Source: Candidatus Heimdallarchaeota archaeon
GTDB lineage: Archaea > Asgardarchaeota > Heimdallarchaeia > JABLTI01
NCBI GenBank assembly: GCA_018238155.1
Contig: JABCTZ010000046.1
Span: 1-64,000 of the forward strand
Direction: 5' to 3'
DNA length: 64,000 nucleotides
Part shown: piece after piece, positions 35,850-46,500 of the stretch
Numbering within the stretch: position 1 is the first letter of the stretch
Layout of the letters: each line of letters starts with the position of its first letter
The notes under the pieces: generated by a model
Seen by the model: the letters and a program-made list of their open reading frames with translations, nothing else
The model's database searches: none
Told to the model about the DNA's origin: nothing
Translations under genes and position numbers: made by a program

Positions 35850-38339
35850 CTATTCTTCAATTTCTGCAGTAACTTCTTCTCCAGCAGTAATTATTATTTC
35901 ACCAACATGTACTGGTAATTTTATTAAATGCTCAAATTCTTTGATTTGATCGATTTTATCACCTGGAACAGTCACTGTTGCAGATTTTATTGATTGATTC
36001 AAAGCTATTCTCTTTGTAGCTTTACATTGACGTATCTGTGCAATTAGCTCAATTAGTAATCCACCAAGCTCTGCTTTTTCTGGATCGAGTTTTCTTCGAT
36101 CCTTTGCAGGCCAAGAAGTTGCATGTATTGATATATCACCTATTTTATCTTTGAACATTTTCAAATAGATTTCTTCCGTTATATGCGGACAAAATGGAGC
36201 AAGTAATCGTAACACAGTCCATAGGGTATCTCGTAAAATACGCTTAACTGTTGCAGATCTAACAGTATCATCTGTTTTGAAGAACGATTTTACGCTCTCT
36301 AGATAGTTATCACAGAGTTTCCTCCAAGTGAATTCATGGATTTGTTGTAAACTAATATTAAATTCAAATTTGTCCAAGGCAGTAGTTATTTCTTTCCTTG
36401 TTTTTTCAAGTTCAGTTAATAACCAAATATCAATTGGTGAGTAATTTGATTTGCCATCTGGAACATCATCAATATAGATACTAAGATATCTTGAGACTGA
36501 CCAAAGTTTTTGTAAGAAGGATTTACCATATTGAGCTTTATCCCATTGAAATGGAAAATCATAGCCAACTTTCTTTCCTAAGATTGTCTGTCTAATAGCA
36601 TCTGCACCATATTTTTCTATTCCATCTCGAGGGTCAACTACATTTCCTTTCGATTTTGACATTTTCATTGAATCAGGACCCAGAACATGACCATTAATTA
36701 GAACACTGCCATAAGGCATCTTACCACCAGTTAATTTCAAAGTTCTAAACGTAGTGTATGTGTACCAAGTTCTGATTATATCATGCCCTTGCAATCTTAT
36801 GATATCATTTGATTTATTTGATATCCATCGCTTAGCAAACTCAGGTTCTTCATAATATCTTGTGATGGTTAAAGGCGTTAGACTCGAGTCTACCCAACAA
36901 TCACAAACATCTGTAGTTCCTTCAATATTCTTTGATCCACATTTTGGACATTTGGATACAGGTGAATCTGTTACAGAAGTATCAATTGGCAGCTCCATAT
37001 CCTCTGAAGGAGCTATAACTTCATTACAATCAGAACAACTCCAGAATGGTATTGGTGTTCCAAAAAGTCTTTGACGAGAGATTATCCAATCCCACTCCAA
37101 AGCTTGAATCCAATCTGTAGCTCGTTTTAGATACAGAGAAGGATACCATTTCATTTTCTTTGCTGCTTTGATTAGCTCTGGTGCAAATTCTTTCAATTTA
37201 ATCATGTATTGCTTCGTTGTGAGAAATTCCATAGGAGTTTCACAGTCACCTCGTTCGGTATGACAAAGAACCCTGTGTTTAATCCGTTCTTGTTTAGTGA
37301 TATAACCTTTCTCTTTCAAAGCGATGGATATTTCTCTTTGGGCATCTTTAAGCAACATCCCATCATATCGGAATCCTGTGCCAACTATTTTACCTTCAGG
37401 AGATACAATGCTTTTAATTGGCAAATTATGTCGTTGTTGCCATTTGATGTCTTGTTCATCACCGAAAGTACAATTCATTACTGCACCTGTGCCAAATTCC
37501 ATATCAACGTCTTCATCACTAATTATTGGAATGGTGCGACCAAAAATTGGTATGACTGCTTTTTTACTAAGATATTTTTTGAAACGTTTATCTTTTGGAT
37601 GAATTAAAATTGCTTGACAAGCAGGAATGAGTTCGGGACGTGAAGTGGCGATTTCAATAAAACTTTCTTCATCGTCTTCTATAGGGAATTTAACCCAATT
37701 CATAAATCCTTTTTTCTCAATGTAACCAGTTTCAGCTTGAGCAATGGTTGTTTCACAATGTGTGCACCACATATTTGGAAAGTTATCAAAATACACATCA
37801 TCCTTTTGATGCATTTCTAGAAGAGAATTTTGAACACGTTTTTGATAGGATAAATCCATCGTTCGATATTCAAATGCTTCCCAATCAGGACGATAACCAA
37901 TCTTGGCGATGACATCCTTCATATCTTGAATCATTAACTCAGTCCATTCTTTACACTTGGCTTTAAAATGAGCACGATCATCTCGAGAGATATTCCATTT
38001 ATATTGTACCTTTAGCTCAGTAGGTAATCCTTGAGTATCCCATCCTTGAGGAAGAAGCACATTATATCCTCTCATACGTTTGTATCGTCCGATTAAATCG
38101 GAAATGCTGCACCAATAAACGTGACCCATGTGGAGCAATCCACTTGTGAAGGGGGGAGGAGTATCAATAGCAAAAAGTGGTTTTTCAGTATCTTTAAAAT
38201 CAAATCCATATACTGCCTTATAATGCTCTTTTGTAGTCCACAAATCTTGTATTCTTTTTTCAGCTTCAGCTATTTTATAATGTTTTTCAAGTTTAGGTTG
38301 AGGACCATCACCATTTGTTTTCTGTTTTTTAGCATTCAT
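35850..38339 (-). CDS. valS: Valine--tRNA ligase (archaeal type)
   Basis: IDTPPPFTSGLLHMGH (HIGH), GWDTQGLPTE, DWIISRQR, QGHDIIRTW, KMSKSKGN. Confidence 0.97.
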   Translation of the reverse strand: MNAKKQKTNGDGPQPKLEKHYKIAEAEKRIQDLWTTKEHYKAVYGFDFKDTEKPLFAIDTPPPFTSGLLHMGHVYWCSISDLIGRYKRMRGYNVLLPQGWDTQGLPTELKVQYKWNISRDDRAHFKAKCKEWTELMIQDMKDVIAKIGYRPDWEAFEYRTMDLSYQKRVQNSLLEMHQKDDVYFDNFPNMWCTHCETTIAQAETGYIEKKGFMNWVKFPIEDDEESFIEIATSRPELIPACQAILIHPKDKRFKKYLSKKAVIPIFGRTIPIISDEDVDMEFGTGAVMNCTFGDEQDIKWQQRHNLPIKSIVSPEGKIVGTGFRYDGMLLKDAQREISIALKEKGYITKQERIKHRVLCHTERGDCETPMEFLTTKQYMIKLKEFAPELIKAAKKMKWYPSLYLKRATDWIQALEWDWIISRQRLFGTPIPFWSCSDCNEVIAPSEDMELPIDTSVTDSPVSKCPKCGSKNIEGTTDVCDCWVDSSLTPLTITRYYEEPEFAKRWISNKSNDIIRLQGHDIIRTWYTYTTFRTLKLTGGKMPYGSVLINGHVLGPDSMKMSKSKGNVVDPRDGIEKYGADAIRQTILGKKVGYDFPFQWDKAQYGKSFLQKLWSVSRYLSIYIDDVPDGKSNYSPIDIWLLTELEKTRKEITTALDKFEFNISLQQIHEFTWRKLCDNYLESVKSFFKTDDTVRSATVKRILRDTLWTVLRLLAPFCPHITEEIYLKMFKDKIGDISIHATSWPAKDRRKLDPEKAELGGLLIELIAQIRQCKATKRIALNQSIKSATVTVPGDKIDQIKEFEHLIKLPVHVGEIIITAGEEVTAEIEE

Positions 38340-38899
38340 TTCTATGCACCATTTCTATTTATTAGTTGAATTTTCAACCAATATTTCTAATTTGCCGAGT
38401 TGGAATATTTTAGTTTCAATCATGAAACGACTATGTCTTTTAATTTCGAGAAGCAAAAGTAATTATAAGCTTTTTTGCTTGTTCTGTGAAATCTTATTTG
38501 GTAGTAAAAATCTATTATAGACCTCGAAATAGAAGATTTGAGAAACCAAATATCTATTGTATTCTAAGATTTTCAACTTTATTTGAAAATGGTTTACAAT
38601 GAGTAGATCTAATTGAGCAAATTGATAAAAAAATAAGTCATTGAAAAAGGTACCATTTAATTCCAACTTGAAAAGACTCTTAGAAATTGATGTTTTTAAA
38701 ACCGACAGCAATACTTTGCTCCTCGAGTGTGCTCACTTCTTATCCTCCAAGAAGTTAATTTTCCTTAAAATCTCAGATTCAATGATTTTTTCTATATTAC
38801 TAATTTATAGCTTCTTAACTACTTCATTCTAAGTAAAAATTATTCAAAATTATTAATTAATATTTTATCCGTTAGGAAAGCAAAAAAAGAGGAATATAG

Positions 38900-38916
38900 G
38901 AAACGATTATCGTTTC
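38900..38916 (-). terminator. Palindrome immediately after the TM2 gene stop, then a U-tract
   Basis: GAAACGAT-T-ATCGTTTC; A-run at 38882-38888 reads as a T-run on the minus strand. Confidence 0.45.
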
Positions 38917-39117
38917 TTATTTACTCCAGAACCAGTTGGTACTGTTCTTTACAAAGAAAGTGTAGAGATCAATTATCCAACCAATTAAGAATAATCCAGC
39001 AGTAAAGAACCTGAGAATACCTGATAGCCATTTACCATGATACATACGGTGGAAACCACCTAAACCAATTAACTGTATAAGTAATAAGATAGTTGTTACT
39101 GTTTTATCTTTAGCTAT
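38917..39117 (-). CDS. Small TM2-domain membrane protein (66 aa; absent from the ORF track; apparent ATA start)
   Basis: Manual translation (I/M)AKDKTVTTILLLIQLIGLGGFHRMYHGKWLSGILRFFTAGLFLIGWIIDLYTFFVKNSTNWFWSK*, carrying the TM2 G.HR.Y and G..IGWIID motifs. An in-frame TAA upstream leaves no ATG/GTG/TTG before the TM2 motif; GGTGA SD precedes the ATA. Confidence 0.85.
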   Translation of the reverse strand: MAKDKTVTTILLLIQLIGLGGFHRMYHGKWLSGILRFFTAGLFLIGWIIDLYTFFVKNSTNWFWSK

Positions 39118-39144
39118 TTTTTTTTCACCATATTCTTATTTTAA

Positions 39145-39166
39145 TATTGACAAAAATCAGTCAATA
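39145..39166. promoter_or_regulatory. Palindromic operator candidate TATTGAC-N8-GTCAATA
   Basis: Inverted repeat between the divergent TM2 and HEAT genes; the same TTGAC-N8-GTCAA core recurs at 39851-39868. Confidence 0.6.
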
Positions 39167-39236
39167 ATCTATTTTTGTGGTTGTAATCATTTAGTATAAA
39201 TAGTAGAAAAACATAGTATATTGTGGAAGTATTAAA

Positions 39237-39584
39237 ATGAGTAAAAGTATTAATACATTAACTCGACAACTTAGAGATCTTAACGCAGATACACGTAGCA
39301 AAGCAGTGATGAATCTTGGAGAAATGGGAGCAGATGAAACTGTACCATCTATAATTAGTGCATTTAAAAAAGAACAAGATGAAAATGTTCGTTCTGTTTT
39401 TGCGGAAGCTTTTGCTCTTTTTGGACACTTTGATTCTGTTGTTAAAACATTGATTACCACTAAAAATAATGACGAAAGTGAAAAAGTAAAAATTTCTGCA
39501 GAGTGGTCTTTGGGACAAATTGCAAAGAAGCGCGGTTTTACAAACGTTCAAGAATTACTTGAAGATATTAATTCTCAAAAATAA
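39237..39584 (+). CDS. Small HEAT-repeat protein
   Basis: RSKAVMNLGEMG, VRSVFAEAFALFG, VKISAEWSLGQIA. Confidence 0.85.
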   Translation: MSKSINTLTRQLRDLNADTRSKAVMNLGEMGADETVPSIISAFKKEQDENVRSVFAEAFALFGHFDSVVKTLITTKNNDESEKVKISAEWSLGQIAKKRGFTNVQELLEDINSQK

Positions 39585-39614
39585 CTATTCTTTATAAAAA
39601 AAGAAAAAATAGAA

Positions 39615-39635
39615 TCAATGATTATTTATCATTGA
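39615..39635. terminator. Hairpin between convergent genes
   Basis: TCAATGAT-TATTT-ATCATTGA, 8-bp stem; A-run at 39595-39609 reads as a U-tract for the minus-strand gene. Confidence 0.5.
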
Positions 39636-39640
39636 ATCGT

Positions 39641-39832
39641 TTACTTTTGCCACATTAGTGGCTTATCCATTATTACATAAATAAGGTCGACTAAAACACC
39701 TATTCCAAAAAGTCCAACAGTGCACAGATATACTACACCAGATAAGTTGAAGCCTTTCATGAATCTATGAATTCCTAGGAAACCTAATAACCAGGTTATT
39801 AAAATATCTTTTACTTTATTTTCTTCAGCTAT
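39641..39832 (-). CDS. Small TM2-domain membrane protein (63 aa if ATA start; track start TTG 39868)
   Basis: LGFLGIHRFMKG...VYLCTVGLFGIGVLVD TM2 signature; GAGGT SD then A-run then ATA GCT, as in the 39117 paralog. Confidence 0.85.
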   Translation of the reverse strand: MAEENKVKDILITWLLGFLGIHRFMKGFNLSGVVYLCTVGLFGIGVLVDLIYVIMDKPLMWQK

Positions 39833-39849
39833 TTTTTTTACCTCATAAA

Positions 39850-39869
39850 ATTGACTATCTGTAGTCAAT
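39850..39869. promoter_or_regulatory. Palindromic operator candidate ATTGACTA-N4-TAGTCAAT (TTGAC-N8-GTCAA)
   Basis: Inverted repeat just upstream of the SD of the second TM2 gene. Confidence 0.6.
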
Positions 39870-40344
39870 GCCTTATTTATTATTTCATTATATAATAGTA
39901 TTTTCCTTCAATAGAAAAATAAGAAAAGGAAATTTTTCTTAAAGAGGGGTTTATGAAAAACACTTATTTTTATTGAAAGATATTGTAAATTCATTTTTTC
40001 AAAAATAACTAATATGAAGTTAATGATATAGTCTATATCAAAAAGTTTAGCTATTCATAATTAGACAGTTACTGAAAAATATCAACTTTGATATTGGATG
40101 TATAATATAATTTCATCAGTATACTTCAAAGGTAATTATAATTTCATCATTTTCTCTTGTAATTATTCTTTACTTCAACGATTTTACAATTTGGGTAATG
40201 AGTTTTTTGCGAATTAGATTAGATATTTCTCAGTGACTTTCTTACGAATTTATTATTTAGTATTCAACTACTTGGCACAATTAAACCCGAAATCTTATTT
40301 ATTATAGGATACTAACATTAAAATCAATTGAGAAGTTGATAAAT

Positions 40345-40644
40345 ATGGTTAAAGAACGAGATCCAATTATGGTAATTGTTTACACATTGTTAACTAGTGG
40401 TTTATACATTTATTATTGGTTTATTCAAACAAAAAATGAGATCAATGAACTGGGAGGAGAAATCCCTACAGCTTGGTTACTTCTTTTGCCTCTTGGCAAT
40501 ATTTACTGGATATGGAGATATCTTGAGGATTGGTATAAATTGACTAAATTTGAATATGAACATATTATTGTCTTTTTAGTTTTTATGACTGTCTCTCCAT
40601 TAGCTATTTATTGGATTCAAATTGAACTCAATAAACTTGCATAA
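40345..40644 (+). CDS. DUF4234-like small membrane protein
   Basis: RDPIMVIVYTLLTSGLYIYYW...IP.AWLLLLP..NIYW.W...IQIELNK. Confidence 0.75.
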   Translation: MVKERDPIMVIVYTLLTSGLYIYYWFIQTKNEINELGGEIPTAWLLLLPLGNIYWIWRYLEDWYKLTKFEYEHIIVFLVFMTVSPLAIYWIQIELNKLA

Positions 40645-40877
40645 AACATCCAACCCTTTTTTTTACTTAATTCAAGAATATGCTAACATTTTTTTTCTGA
40701 ACAACTTCTATGTTTACATTGATAAATTAAAAAATTAGTCTATAAAAAATTCTATTTCTTATTGTCAATATTTTTGGATTGAGTAAGCATCTATATCATA
40801 TAGACCTCAGCAAACAAAAGGGGAGGCGAATCTTCCTCAAATCTTCTCTTAATCTCAATATGTCATTCTCTTGAAAT

Positions 40878-41834
40878 TCACTCATTTTCAATCCTTAGAA
40901 TTGGTTTTGCCTTGTTCCATGTTTTGTTAAATGTAGAATGAGCTTTTTTAACCATTTTAGAATCTCTAATCTCAATGATTAAATAAGTTCTAGGGTTTAA
41001 ACCTCCTATACCAATTGGGAACAGAATCTTATCATCACTGATTACGAAACTAGACAAAGTAGTAATGGGTTCTCTCAGTTCATAATTGATCATTTGAAAA
41101 TATTTTTGATAAAAAGCAGGTATTTTATTTATTTGAGTGAAATTGGCTACTTTTTTACTCTTGACATTAGAAAGCACTTTGAGAGTTATTTTTCCGTTTC
41201 TCTCATAATTTTTTTGCATGATTGTGGAAAATGATTTGAAATTTTCTTTTTGAAATTGTGCTTTAATCGAATCGAAGCTTAGCAAAGTTTCGAGGTTTGA
41301 GTTAGAAATCATAATAGATTTTGATTGAAATACTCGTTTCATATATCTCTGCAATCCCTCTGTATCAGTTTTGAAAATATCTACTATTGGATAAGGATTA
41401 AAGTTAATTATTGGAATCTTCGAAAGGCTAGTAGAATCTTGCCTTTTTTTCAGAAATTCCGGTAAGAAAGGATACGAAGCAGCCCATCGCCTCAGAAGTT
41501 CTTCTCGTGTATCCATAAAGAATTTACTTGCAAGTTCTTCTAAATTTTCTCTAGCCAAATTGATGGTATAGACTGGAGGTCTTTTAGAAACTCTGTCAAT
41601 CATTCCTTTCGCAAGCAATTGTGATACTTCTTCATAAACACGTGTTTTTGAAGCTTTCATTCCTTTTTCTTGCAAACTCTCAACTAATCCTGCTACAGTA
41701 TTCCCTCCATCCTCAACAAGTTGATTAAATATAGCAACAGCTAATTTTGATTGGAAAAGTTCCATTAAGAAATTATTTAGTTCTTTATTTGAATACGATA
41801 TCCCAGGCATGTTTTGCAGCTCTCTTTTCTTCAA
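40878..41834 (-). CDS. TrmB-family-like transcriptional regulator (wHTH plus PLD-like effector domain)
   Basis: SKTRVYEEVSQLLAKGMI...RPPVY wHTH; SFVISDDK and FNKTWNKAKP in the C-terminal domain. Confidence 0.7.
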   Translation of the reverse strand: MKKRELQNMPGISYSNKELNNFLMELFQSKLAVAIFNQLVEDGGNTVAGLVESLQEKGMKASKTRVYEEVSQLLAKGMIDRVSKRPPVYTINLARENLEELASKFFMDTREELLRRWAASYPFLPEFLKKRQDSTSLSKIPIINFNPYPIVDIFKTDTEGLQRYMKRVFQSKSIMISNSNLETLLSFDSIKAQFQKENFKSFSTIMQKNYERNGKITLKVLSNVKSKKVANFTQINKIPAFYQKYFQMINYELREPITTLSSFVISDDKILFPIGIGGLNPRTYLIIEIRDSKMVKKAHSTFNKTWNKAKPILRIENE

Positions 41835-42087
41835 ACAAATATTCTATTATCACCAATGTGTATCATTTTCCTTTTAAAAATTCCGAAAAAAAGCGGAAAT
41901 TTTCTCTGGAAACCAAACAAAAAGAGTTCATTTCGAACTTCGATGTTTATAATTATATACGTTTTTCAATACTTGTAAATTAGTATCTAAACAAAAAGGA
42001 AGAAAAAATCTCAAAATATAAGAAAAAACTATTATTAATAGCAAAGATATAACCAAATTAGTTCAAAAATTAATAGGAGAATTTGAT

Positions 42088-42573
42088 ATGGTAAAAGAAA
42101 AACATGATTTAGCTCAACTTAAGAAAAATGCTAAAACCGTGGAAGATTACATGAGCTGTTTAGAGGGAAAGAGTGGAGAAGAAATAAAAGCTAACTGTGA
42201 ATCGTATGAACCAAAACAGGATGTAGTAACGGCGCTTGCAGAAAAAGCTAAGGGATACACTTTTGTTGTTTTTTCTGCTGTTTGGTGTAAAGATTGTAAA
42301 ACGAATGTAGCAGCATTTGCAAAAATATTAGCGCAACAGCCTGATATCGAAGGTATCTTTTTCGGCGGTATTAAAACTGCACCTTTGGATCCAGAAATCC
42401 GTTGGAGAGTTCCACCATCACCTCCAGAAGTAGATGATTTTGATCTTCGTAAAATTCCAAGCTTCTATATACTCAATTCAGAAGGTGTTCAAGTTGGAGA
42501 AATGATAGAAAATCCAGAACACAAAGAAACATTGGAAGAAGAACTACTATATATTTTAGAGAATCTTCAATGA
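42088..42573 (+). CDS. Thioredoxin-family protein
   Basis: FSAVWCKDC active site, cis-Pro KIPSF, GEMIENP. Confidence 0.85.
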   Translation: MVKEKHDLAQLKKNAKTVEDYMSCLEGKSGEEIKANCESYEPKQDVVTALAEKAKGYTFVVFSAVWCKDCKTNVAAFAKILAQQPDIEGIFFGGIKTAPLDPEIRWRVPPSPPEVDDFDLRKIPSFYILNSEGVQVGEMIENPEHKETLEEELLYILENLQ

Positions 42574-42584
42574 TTCTCCTTTTT

Positions 42585-43358
42585 TTATGTTAAAGGGTTT
42601 AACCATTGGAGCCCTAATGCCCAAGAAATTAAAACCATTATTATTGGAACAGTTAAATTATCAAAATCTGAGGGGCTTAAACCTTCTGTAATTGTAGCCA
42701 CGAAAGCAAGTATGAGTATTTTTCCCCAGAGCCAAGGCCAAATTCCTCCAAATAACCAATTCTCACCATGAACTAAACCAAATAAAAAGACAATGAGATA
42801 ACTAAATGCTACAGAAAAAATGAACATAGCAATACTTCCCTCAAGCGATTTTTCTGCTCCACCAATAGAACGATACTTATGTTTTCCAAAATATCTCCCA
42901 GCTATTGGAGCAATGCCATCACCCCAAGCAATAGTCATTATGATGATTAATCCCCATGGTTGATCTTTCCAAATAAAAATACAAATCAAAGCCATTATTA
43001 AAGCATAAAATAGAGTTCCTTTAATTAAATCAAAAGGTTCACCAGTTCGAGACATACTGTCTACCATAAAACGACCTGGTATGACTTTTAATCCAATTAA
43101 GATGAAAATAATAGCAGTAAGAAAAGGTAAAATGGCTCCTACCCATCTTGCCCAGCTATTATCAGAAGCCATAAGCCAAAAGAAAGAATAACACCCCGCA
43201 GAAATATGTACTCCTTTACGAGTAAAGAAAACATCCATACCATTTTTACTTAAGAAATAGAATATAGTAAGAAAAATCATTAATACAAGAAACATACAAA
43301 TAAGCATAATCCAATCTTGATATTTAGTATACCATTCAATGAAGGTCATTTTTTTCAA
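42585..43358 (-). CDS. CTP-dependent isoprenoid alcohol kinase (phytol/farnesol/dolichol kinase-like; cytidylyltransferase family)
   Basis: RKGVHI, GTLFY, WGDGIAPIAGRYFG, KSLEGS, DNLTVP; multi-TM. Confidence 0.85.
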   Translation of the reverse strand: MKKMTFIEWYTKYQDWIMLICMFLVLMIFLTIFYFLSKNGMDVFFTRKGVHISAGCYSFFWLMASDNSWARWVGAILPFLTAIIFILIGLKVIPGRFMVDSMSRTGEPFDLIKGTLFYALIMALICIFIWKDQPWGLIIIMTIAWGDGIAPIAGRYFGKHKYRSIGGAEKSLEGSIAMFIFSVAFSYLIVFLFGLVHGENWLFGGIWPWLWGKILILAFVATITEGLSPSDFDNLTVPIIMVLISWALGLQWLNPLT

Positions 43359-43539
43359 ACCAAAAGATTTGTGAAATTAATAATTAATATTAAAAAACAC
43401 TTATCTTATTTAATTATTTTCTGAGCTTACGAAAGAACAAAATAGTAGTAAATTTGCCGAGAACATTAAGTTCAATATGTGATATTTTTTAAAGTATAAA
43501 GAACAAATAATAAGAAGAAGATATGGAGTAATAAAATAT

Positions 43540-46500
43540 ATGAACTCTAGGATTAAAATTCTTAAAGATATAATGGAAATCGAAAAGCAATTCGCTCTTG
43601 AGAAAATTAATTCTGAAGTTTTCGAAACCAAAATGCATGTATTAGAACAAAAATTCCAACAAGCAAATGCACTAACAGAAGATGAATTACGATTAGCAAT
43701 CGATACAAAAGAAATCCCTCTTAGTGCTAATAGTTTAATTGGTAAAATATCAATTGAAAATTTGATACCAAACAGTAAAGTCCCTCGAACGTTCTTTAGA
43801 CACCTTAAAATTCGAAGAGAAATAAGTGAATTAGAAAGGAATGTAAAAAAATTAAAGCATGATATGCACAAAATAAAGATCCTATTAGCAGAGAAAAAAG
43901 TAAATCAAGATTCTGCTACAAGAAAATTGGAAACGTTAGAGTATGATCTTAGACTAGCTCAAAATCGATTTGGTGCTCGAGAGAAATATCTAAAACGAAA
44001 CCCATCAAAAGGTCACCTACTTAAATTCACTCTGACGAATTTTCTGCAATTCTCCTATGGTCATGGCGTGGAAAACAATGCTGAATTATTAACGATAACT
44101 CAAGAACTAAAGAAGGAAATTAATTTAAGAATTAAATATCGTGATGCTTTAGCAGAGTTACTTGCAACACTAAAAACAACTCAATTGGAAATTCGTTCCT
44201 CTTCAAAAATCGGCTCACTTCCTGACTTTAAAAAATTACGCGAATTTCAACAAACAATAAATGAACTTCATGATTACATAAAATTACTAACTGTTGATAT
44301 AAATGACTTTCAAAATTGTTTAAGCAGATTAGAAAAAAATAATTTAAAAATGGATGAATCACATGAATTATTTGTTGATAATTCATTTGGAATCAATGTG
44401 GATGCCAGTACAGAGAACCTTTCATCACCGATAGAAAATGAAAGTAAACTTAGTGCTTCTGAAGTTGAAACTGATCCGTTACTTAAAACTATAGCTATTG
44501 ATGAAGATAAGTTTGAAAATACTTTCTTTTTAATTGACACATTAGATATTGAAGATACTATTGAAGAAGATAAAGTATCTTTGAAATCAGAAGAAATTGA
44601 TGCGAAATTACGTGTACCTGAAACACCACAATTAACAATTTCAACTGATATTGGTTTAGAAATAGTCGGTATGGAAGATTTCAATTTACAATATAATATT
44701 AAAGGGTCTCCAAAAAGAATGAACGAGCTAACTGAAGGAGTAATCCTCAATTCTTTTGAAGAATTTCTAACTCAACTTTTGGATTCAAAAGAAGTTGAAG
44801 AAGAACCAAAAACGGTAAAAGTAGAAAAACCACAAAGCAAACAAGTGATTGCAAAAGCAACCTTCAAAAGTTTAGCAGAAGAAGTAAAAAAACGAAAGAC
44901 TTCTGATATTCCTAAACCCTCTAAGAGAGATTCAGAACATAGTATTGAAGCTCAAGAAGTAGGAGAAGCTTTTGATGAAATCACTGAAATAAAAGAAATT
45001 AGTGCTTTACAACAAGATGAATTAGAAGCAATTGAAATACATGAGCCCGAAATTCCAGTAAGTGAATCAACAGAAGCAGTTGGAGAGATACCAACAATTC
45101 CGGATGTAGAAAATAGCTCCCTCCCCGAAATTGATTCTTCTTTAGGTGAAGCTTTGTCACCGGAAAAAGCTCAACAAGAGACAAAAGAAATTAGTCCTTC
45201 TCGTCAAATTGTTGAAGAAAATCTGATAAAACCACAAAAAACTTCTATGGTTTCAGAGAAATTATTGGAAGCAGCAACAGAAGCATGGAAATTAACTGGT
45301 AAAGCTCTATTTAATCTCAAAGATGATGGTTCACGTGAATTTTACGGTTACTTGCAAGAAGCAGTAGTTTATGATAAAAATAAATTAGGATACACTTTGG
45401 TAACAGAACCAATTGCAGATCAAACTGTGATTGATAAAATATTCGATCAAATAAAACCTCTCTGGGTTACAGAAGAGCTATTGGAATCAGCAACAAAACG
45501 GAAAGTTTTTCTTATTCAAGAAGTAGTTGACTCTTTACAGATACAGAGAGATGTAGCTTTACATATTTCCAAATTACAAGAATTCTCGAATTTTAGAAAT
45601 ATCAATTTCCCAAGCTCAGATAAAATTGGAAAACCAGAGATTCTTGGCCTGGTGCCAATCAATAAAATAAGAATTAAACGTGGATCGATTATTTGCAAAT
45701 TAGATGATATTGCAGCACAACAACCATATAGAACTGCTCCATGGTCAGCAAATGATTTTGAAAATGAAGAGAATAATCCGATAGGAAAAAACTGCTTATT
45801 ACATCATGGAGTTTCATTTGGTAAAATAATAGCTTCCGTGAAGCATCCACTTATGGGGAATGTTTTTCTTGTAGACACAAATCAACCTGATAAATCAATT
45901 GTCAATTATTTAGTCCAGAGATTGAATATTTCTGAAGATGATAAAACGGAACGACTTTGGCTATTGAAATACCTAATAGCTAAACAGTTGCGGATTCCAG
46001 AAGGTGAAGCTCTTAAACCAAAGACATTAATTAACTACTCATTACAAAGAGGTTTCCCAATACTCCCTAATGAAATTCTCAACTCTTATAGAGTATTTAT
46101 TTCAGGTGGATCTATCAATAGTATCAAAAGAAATAATGTTACTTTAAAAAATTCTGCACGAATTTTCCATCCTTCTGAAGTCATTCCAATAGAATGCTTA
46201 CGTGTTCGAACAACAAATGGTCGGCATTTGGGAACCTGTCTAGGTATTTCCTTATCAGATAAACCCGTTCTTCTTATTTCTGAAAAATTATCTCGAGAAA
46301 TGGTTGCACTTTTCACCAATGCAACTGTAGAAAAACAAATTATGACTGACATTTCAGACTCAGTAATTGGAAGTATTGGAGTAGAGTTACGAGATTCCTT
46401 GTGTCCACATAATATTTTGAAAACACTTATTGTTGGAAGAAAAATACAAACATTAACAGAATATGGTCATTATCTTTCAAAAATGATTGTCACAGGTATT

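Noticed and set aside
38463-38832. ORFs 38463..38711(-) and 38641..38832(+) upstream of valS; the minus frame extends through two stops
   Set aside because: No motif or SD; may be a decayed gene, but the evidence is insufficient
39870-40330. Possible replication origin in the long AT-rich intergenic region
   Set aside because: No ORB-like repeats with G-strings and no orc1/cdc6 gene in the window
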